Below are positions 12,001 through 18,000 of a DNA stretch of 64,000 bases, one piece after another (within the stretch, counting starts at the first letter, position 1; each line of letters starts with the position of its first letter). The position numbers and the translations under genes are program-made. Source of the stretch: Tubulanus polymorphus (taxonomy: Eukaryota; Animalia; Nemertea); NCBI RefSeq assembly GCF_964204645.1, contig NC_134031.1:16789807-16853806 (forward strand), written 5' to 3'. The notes beneath the pieces were generated by a model. The model had not been told where the DNA came from. It worked only from the letters and a program-made list of their open reading frames with translations, and did not search any database.

Positions 12001-15000
12001 ACCGATCCACCTATAGGCGCATTTCGCTCGGCGTATTACGCAACTCCAGGTGCTGTGGATCACAGTCATAACTGCCTGGATGCTGATTATACTTTGATCA
12101 GCCCGGATACTGTTACAGCACAGTCGGGTATTCGTTTGCCTAAGTCCGGTTTGGTGGCCATGACGTCAATCCTGGACAATCTTACCAGGGTTGGTTCGTT
12201 TCAAGATATGGCACTTAAGGTGTTGACGGGTGAGCTTCGCGAGACTCACGCCGCCGTTCATGCGGGCTCCGACCCAGAGTCAGTTGCCCTAAAACTGGAG
12301 GGAATGGACCGGATTATCCAATCTTTGGCTCGGTCTGTTTCGCATGTAATTCCGTTGTCGGTTCGGGGTCAGGCTAATCTGGTGTTAGCCTCCCGTCAGT
12401 CAGTGATGGACTCCAGTGCCAAAACTCGTCTACCGGATATGGTGTCCAATGCTTTGCTGAGAGCCCCATTGGGGACGTCTTCACGTCTCTTCTCCGGTTG
12501 GTGCGCTCCGGTTTCCGCAGAGCTGAGGAAGATTCGGGAGGTTCAGGCCAAGTCCAACCCCCGAACTCCGTGGAAAAAGCGTTCTGGTCCGACGCCGGCG
12601 GCGCAAGGTTCGGCACGGACGCAAACAGGACCATCTCAAACTTCAGCGCTTTCTCAGGCGGCTTCGGATGCCGGTTGGAGAACTAGCGCGCAACTTCAAC
12701 AATCGTGTCAAGCCTCGTCCGGTCGTAACAGTTCCGGTTCGTATCGAGGCAAGGGGAAGGCTCCAAAAAGGGGCTCTTCCTTTCGGAAAAACTCGAAATG
12801 AATTCTTGGGACCAGTGGGAGGTTGTCTGCAGCAGGCAGCAACCCACTGGTCCGACCTCTTTGGAGACGGTTGGCCCTCCCGGGTCGTCTCTCGGGGCTA
12901 CCGTCTCCGTTTCCTAAGGCGACCGCGCCTGATGAGGTCACCTCCCGACATGCGGCCAAAACCAGGTCAGGAGGCCTTAATCTCTCCGGCTCTCAAGGAA
13001 CTGGCAGAGAAGGGAGCGATAGAACCAGTTTGCAACGAAACTTCTCCCGGCTGGTTTTCTCGAATATTCATGGTACCAAAGGCCACAGGGGGTCAACGGA
13101 CAGTGATAGATCTGTCATCCCTCAATCGGCACCTAGACATTCCAAGGTTCCGGATGACCAAGCCCAAGGACGTGATTCAAGGGCTCCGTCCGGGTCAATG
13201 GGCGGCTTCATTGGACCTGAAAGATGCTTACTTTCAGGTTCCAATTCACCCAAAATCTCGGCGATTTCTCAGGATAAAGTGGAAAGGCCGCCAGTTCCAA
13301 TTCAGGTCTCTTCCATTTGGCCTCAGTACGGCCCCGTGGGTTTTCACCAAGTTGGTCAAGTCAGTTCAGAAGGTACTTCAGTCAAGGGGTGTTCGACTGT
13401 TCGTTTACCTCGACGACTGGTTAATAGTCGCGAATTCGGCTCAGGAATGTCGGGAGGCAATGACCTCAGTCTTGGACTTAGTCCATCAGCTAGGGTTCCG
13501 CGTAAACAGGGAAAAATCTCAGTTGACGCCGGCCCAACAGTTCACTTATCTCGGCATGGACTTCGATCTCCGAATCGGCAAAGTCTTTCCGTCTATGGTT
13601 CGAGTGGCCAAACTTCAAGAAGCTGTAGCGGGAGTGTCCACAACCCCGAGAACAGCTCGTTACTGGTCACGGCTTCTAGGCTCCATCAGCTCCATGGGTC
13701 TGGTGGTGCCCTTAGGCCGCCTCAGAAGCAGGCGCTTGCAACAATATTGGAAGGTCTTCTGGTCTCAGTCGAAGGGCAACTGGGAGGCCTTGATTCCCGT
13801 ACCTCCAACCGATCTAAGTCCGGATCTTCAGTGGTGGGCGGCCACTACGAATCTTCGGCTCGGGGTGTCACTAGCCCCGTTAGAGGCTCCAGTTCGTGTA
13901 TTCACGGATGCCAGTCACCAAGGTTGGGGGGCACATCTGGAGAACCGAGTCAAAGCCGGGAAATGGTCTCGCTACGAGGCCACCAACCACATAAATTTCC
14001 TAGAAATGCTGGCCGTGTGGAAGGCCCTGAAGTTCTTTCACAGGAGAGTGGAGGGCCACCACGTTTGGTTAGCCACAGACAATTCAACAGTGAGGGCTTA
14101 CCTTCAGAACCAAGGGGGCACTCACTCAGAAACCCTCACAGGTCTGTCGGCCAAAATTCTTCTTTGGTGTCAGACAAAGGGCGTGTCCCTGACTGTGGCA
14201 CATTTAGCAGGGAAAAGGAACGTGATGGCCGATGCTCTGTCTCGTCGAGGTCAGGCTATTGCGACAGAATGGGTTCTCCACCAAGAAGTAGCCGATCGGG
14301 TTCGGGGCATTTTTGGCAATCCGCTGCTGGATCTGTTTGCCACCCGGTTCAATCGGAGGTGTCCTCTGTTTGTGTCCCCGTTTCCAGACGCGGAAGCGTG
14401 GGGGGTCGATGCCTTCTCTCTGGACTGGTCGGGGATGCATGCGTATGCGTTCCCGCCCACACCAGTCCTGCCGCGCTTACTGGATCAAATAGAGAGATCA
14501 GTCAATTGCAACATAGTTCTGGTAGCACCATGTTGGCCGGCTCAGAAATGGTTCCTACCACTTCTCAACCTACTGTGCGACAACCCCAGGATTCTTCCGA
14601 ATTTCCCATCGCTTCTGTCTCAGGGGATCTTTCGGCATCATCCAAACAGCCAGTGGTTAAATCTGCTCGCCTGGCCATTGTCCAGCGATCCTTGTCAGCT
14701 TCAGGCTTTTCAGAACAGGCTGCCTCCTTTATCGCAGGATCTAAGCGGCCATCAACAAGTACCATTTACGATGCCAAGTGGAGTCATTTTGCGGATTGGT
14801 GTGCTGCAGGGGAAATTGATCCATGCTCACCCTCTGTAGCTCAATTGGCAGATTTTTTACTGCACCTATTTGTAGCAAAAGGTTTACAGGTCATAACTAT
14901 TAAAGGTTACCGCTCCGCGATTTCTCATACATTGCGTGCTTCTGGATGGCCAAATGTAGCAGGGGATCATCGGATATCCCAGCTGGTTGCTGGGTTTTCT

Positions 15001-18000
15001 ATTTCCCGGCCTCGGGTAACAAGGACAGTTCCACCATGGGATCTGTCTGTAATTTTGAAGAAGTTAATGGAGGCTCCATTTGAACCTCTTTCGGCAGCGT
15101 CTTTTGCAAATTTGTCAAAAAAGACTGTATTTTTGCTGTTCTTGGCTTGCTCGGCCCGTCGCTCTGAGATTCATGCGCTTTCAGTCCGACCAGGTCACAT
15201 TGTCTTTGGGCCAGCGAATGAATTTGTTTCGCTGCGGCCTGCTTTGGAATTTTTGGCAAAGAACCAACGACCAGGCTCGGTTGGGCGTCAATGGCGAATT
15301 GAAGCCCTAAAACATCGAGTGGAACCGGGCATCCCGGACAGGACTTTATGTCCTGTGCGGGCGTTGTGTTTCTATTTAGATCGCTCTGCTTCACGGAGGG
15401 GTTCACGGGAGCGGTTATTTATTCCGCTGCTGGATCACCTAAAGGGTGATATTTCGCGGGACACAGTAGCCCGATGGGTCTCTTCAATGATCAAGGACAT
15501 TTTATTGAAGGAGAATCTTTCCTCGGAGGGAGTCGTTTCTCATCAAGTGAGGTCTATGGCTACTTCCTGCGCAGCCTTTTCGGGTGCTCCGTTGGAGGAA
15601 GTCTGTCGGGCCGCCTTTTGGAATTCACCGTCGACATTCACGTCATTTTATTTACGGGATGTTTCAGGCCAGTTAGGCTCATTAGCTTCACTGGGTCCTG
15701 TTGTCATGGCTCAAGGTGTCCGTTCTTTCCGATCGGACCCTTTAGTGTAGAATATTTATGTAGCATTATCAGGATCACAGGGGGTGTATCCTTGTACATA
15801 GTTTGGGCTCATATCTGCAAGTATTAATTTCGCAAAATTCTGGGGGGGGCCCCTGAGCTGGACGGACTCACTGTGGCCAACCGGTCTTCCCTGTGCTACA
15901 GTGCTCCATTCCGTGCTTGGGTAAGTGCTCTCTTTTTCCCTCTTACCTTGCGTTTGAGCGGTGGTTTTTCTATCTACCTTTCCCACCATCCTTGTGCTAG
16001 GCTAGTCTAGCAAAAACCATAGGAAAGGGTACAGTACTCGATGGAAATATTACAATTTTTGGAACTAAAATTTGTATTTCCGAGTAGTACTTACCCTTTC
16101 CTATGGTGGGAATCCCGCCCACCTGCCCCGCATAGCTGTTTTTTTTTTGGTCTGCTATGACGAAAAAAGATGGCGGATTTCGCCGGTGGCTAAATGCAAT
16201 ACCGCAGGGCCGGGTCGTATAGAAAAACCATTGGCGATAAATCCAAATTTAGAAAATATTGGCAAAAACCATAGGAAAGGGTAAGTACTACTCGGAAATA
16301 CAAATTTTAGTTCCAAAAATTGTAATTTTAAAAAGTACCGGGTAATGTAAATATTAATGATATTTTATAGCAGCTGGAGGTGCCGGTGACATGGGCGGAG
16401 CATCCGATGTCAATCTTTCGTCGCCGGGTGCAGCAGAAGATAACCAGCAGACGGACCCCAGCGCGGCGGCTCAGCCTTCGTTGACTCTTCCTCCTCAACC
16501 CGAGGTACGTAGCTAACGTCGCCGTCGTTTCATTTTACTCTTCACCTCGTCAGTAATCCCCGATAATCCTTCAGTTCATCGTTAATAAATATTCCGCTTT
16601 TTCTCGCGTACGTGTAATAATTACCGGTTGATTGTTTTGAACAGTTGTCCGTTGTTCGTCAAACGAAAAACTCATACTGGGTAAATTCATCGTTATGATT
16701 CTAAATCACCGATCAGTAACAACCGTTTTGAATTAATTTCTTCACGTAATGATTTATTTTTGCCCCCTGCTAATTAATTAATCAATTAATATCACAGTTA
16801 TATTCGATGATTAACCGATTAGTTGATATTTTGTTTTATTTCGGAATCAGAACTAACTGTTTAGTATCGTCAGTAAGTCGGTCCTCGTGTTCCTATGGCT
16901 TTTCTATTGTATAGTATGAAAATGCACCAGTCTATTATTGGCTGTGCGTCGATAGTCGAAATTGTTCATGTTCTGTTTGTTTCGGTTCGTGGGGTTTTGA
17001 AACTGATTTAACTTCGGTTTTCAATCTAATATTTTGAGGTAGCACAATATTCAATATTCGATCGAGCACTGAATGAATTTGATATTCAAAATATTCAAAC
17101 CTTTTCCGCCGGGAACCGCGATGAATCCCATTTCTCGTTTTACTAAGAACGTGTTGATATTGCGTCGTTTGCGAGAAAAGGTTTGAAAATTTCGAGAATT
17201 GAAAAGTAAATGCGGTTTTTTCAAAAATCTTTAAAAGAATAGCGGGTGTTTTGTGCGCACGCGCATGTGTCAGTTTTTAGCTGCATGGAGTGTATATAAA
17301 TATCCTTTTGCAGTTTGCCAACCAGCATTCACGATCAAGCTCAATGAGCTCGGTCTCTCAAGAGGTACAAAGCATTACTCAGGTAAAATAAAAGACTAAA
17401 AAAAAACAATACAAAAAAAAAGAAACAAGCACCACATTATGTCTATCTGCGATGCGACGAAACCTGGTTTGAAAAACAGGAATGGTTTTTGTTTTCCTTT
17501 TTTTTTAAACGAACGCTGCCTCTGTTTTACCGCCTCATTCCTCGTTGTAAGGATACGTCGTAATAAGCACTGTATCTCCTCCGTCTTCGGTAAAACATAG
17601 GCCCGGATCCAGTTCCGCAGTTGCGAATTGAAGTTTGGAATTCGAGAAAATGAATATTACCGATTTGATTCTGAATATCTACAACTGAGGAACTGGTTCG
17701 GTTTTTCCAGGTTTATTGGAGTATCTTATTATTACAAATATTTTGACCCGTGCATCTGCTGTGCCACTAACACACTTCAGTATTCATTTTTCCTTTGTTG
17801 TGAATGTTTTATTTTCATCCTATTTGCATTGCCCCGGGGCCGAGATTTCTACATCTCAATTGTGTGTACTTTTGATTATTTTTGCTGTGTGTTGAATTTA
17901 TTGAGATATATACATGTACACGGGTAATCGATATTTATCTATATTCGTGAATTTTCCTCATCAGCTTTTTAGCATCTCACCTGCTTGCGTACCAGAAACC

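Larger units (their letters stand above)
10209..16326 (+). mobile_element. DIRS1-like tyrosine-recombinase retrotransposon, full length, sense orientation in Sec16 intron 10003-16370
   Basis: Perfect inverted repeats 10227-10348 and 16162-16283 with non-identical outer extensions. ICR at 16010-16107 is complementary to both termini. Three intact ORFs (gag, RT-RH-MT, YR). No target-site duplication. Confidence 0.96.

Noticed and set aside
16851-16872. Possible microexon ending in gtaagt
   Set aside because: In-frame TAA and a weak acceptor.
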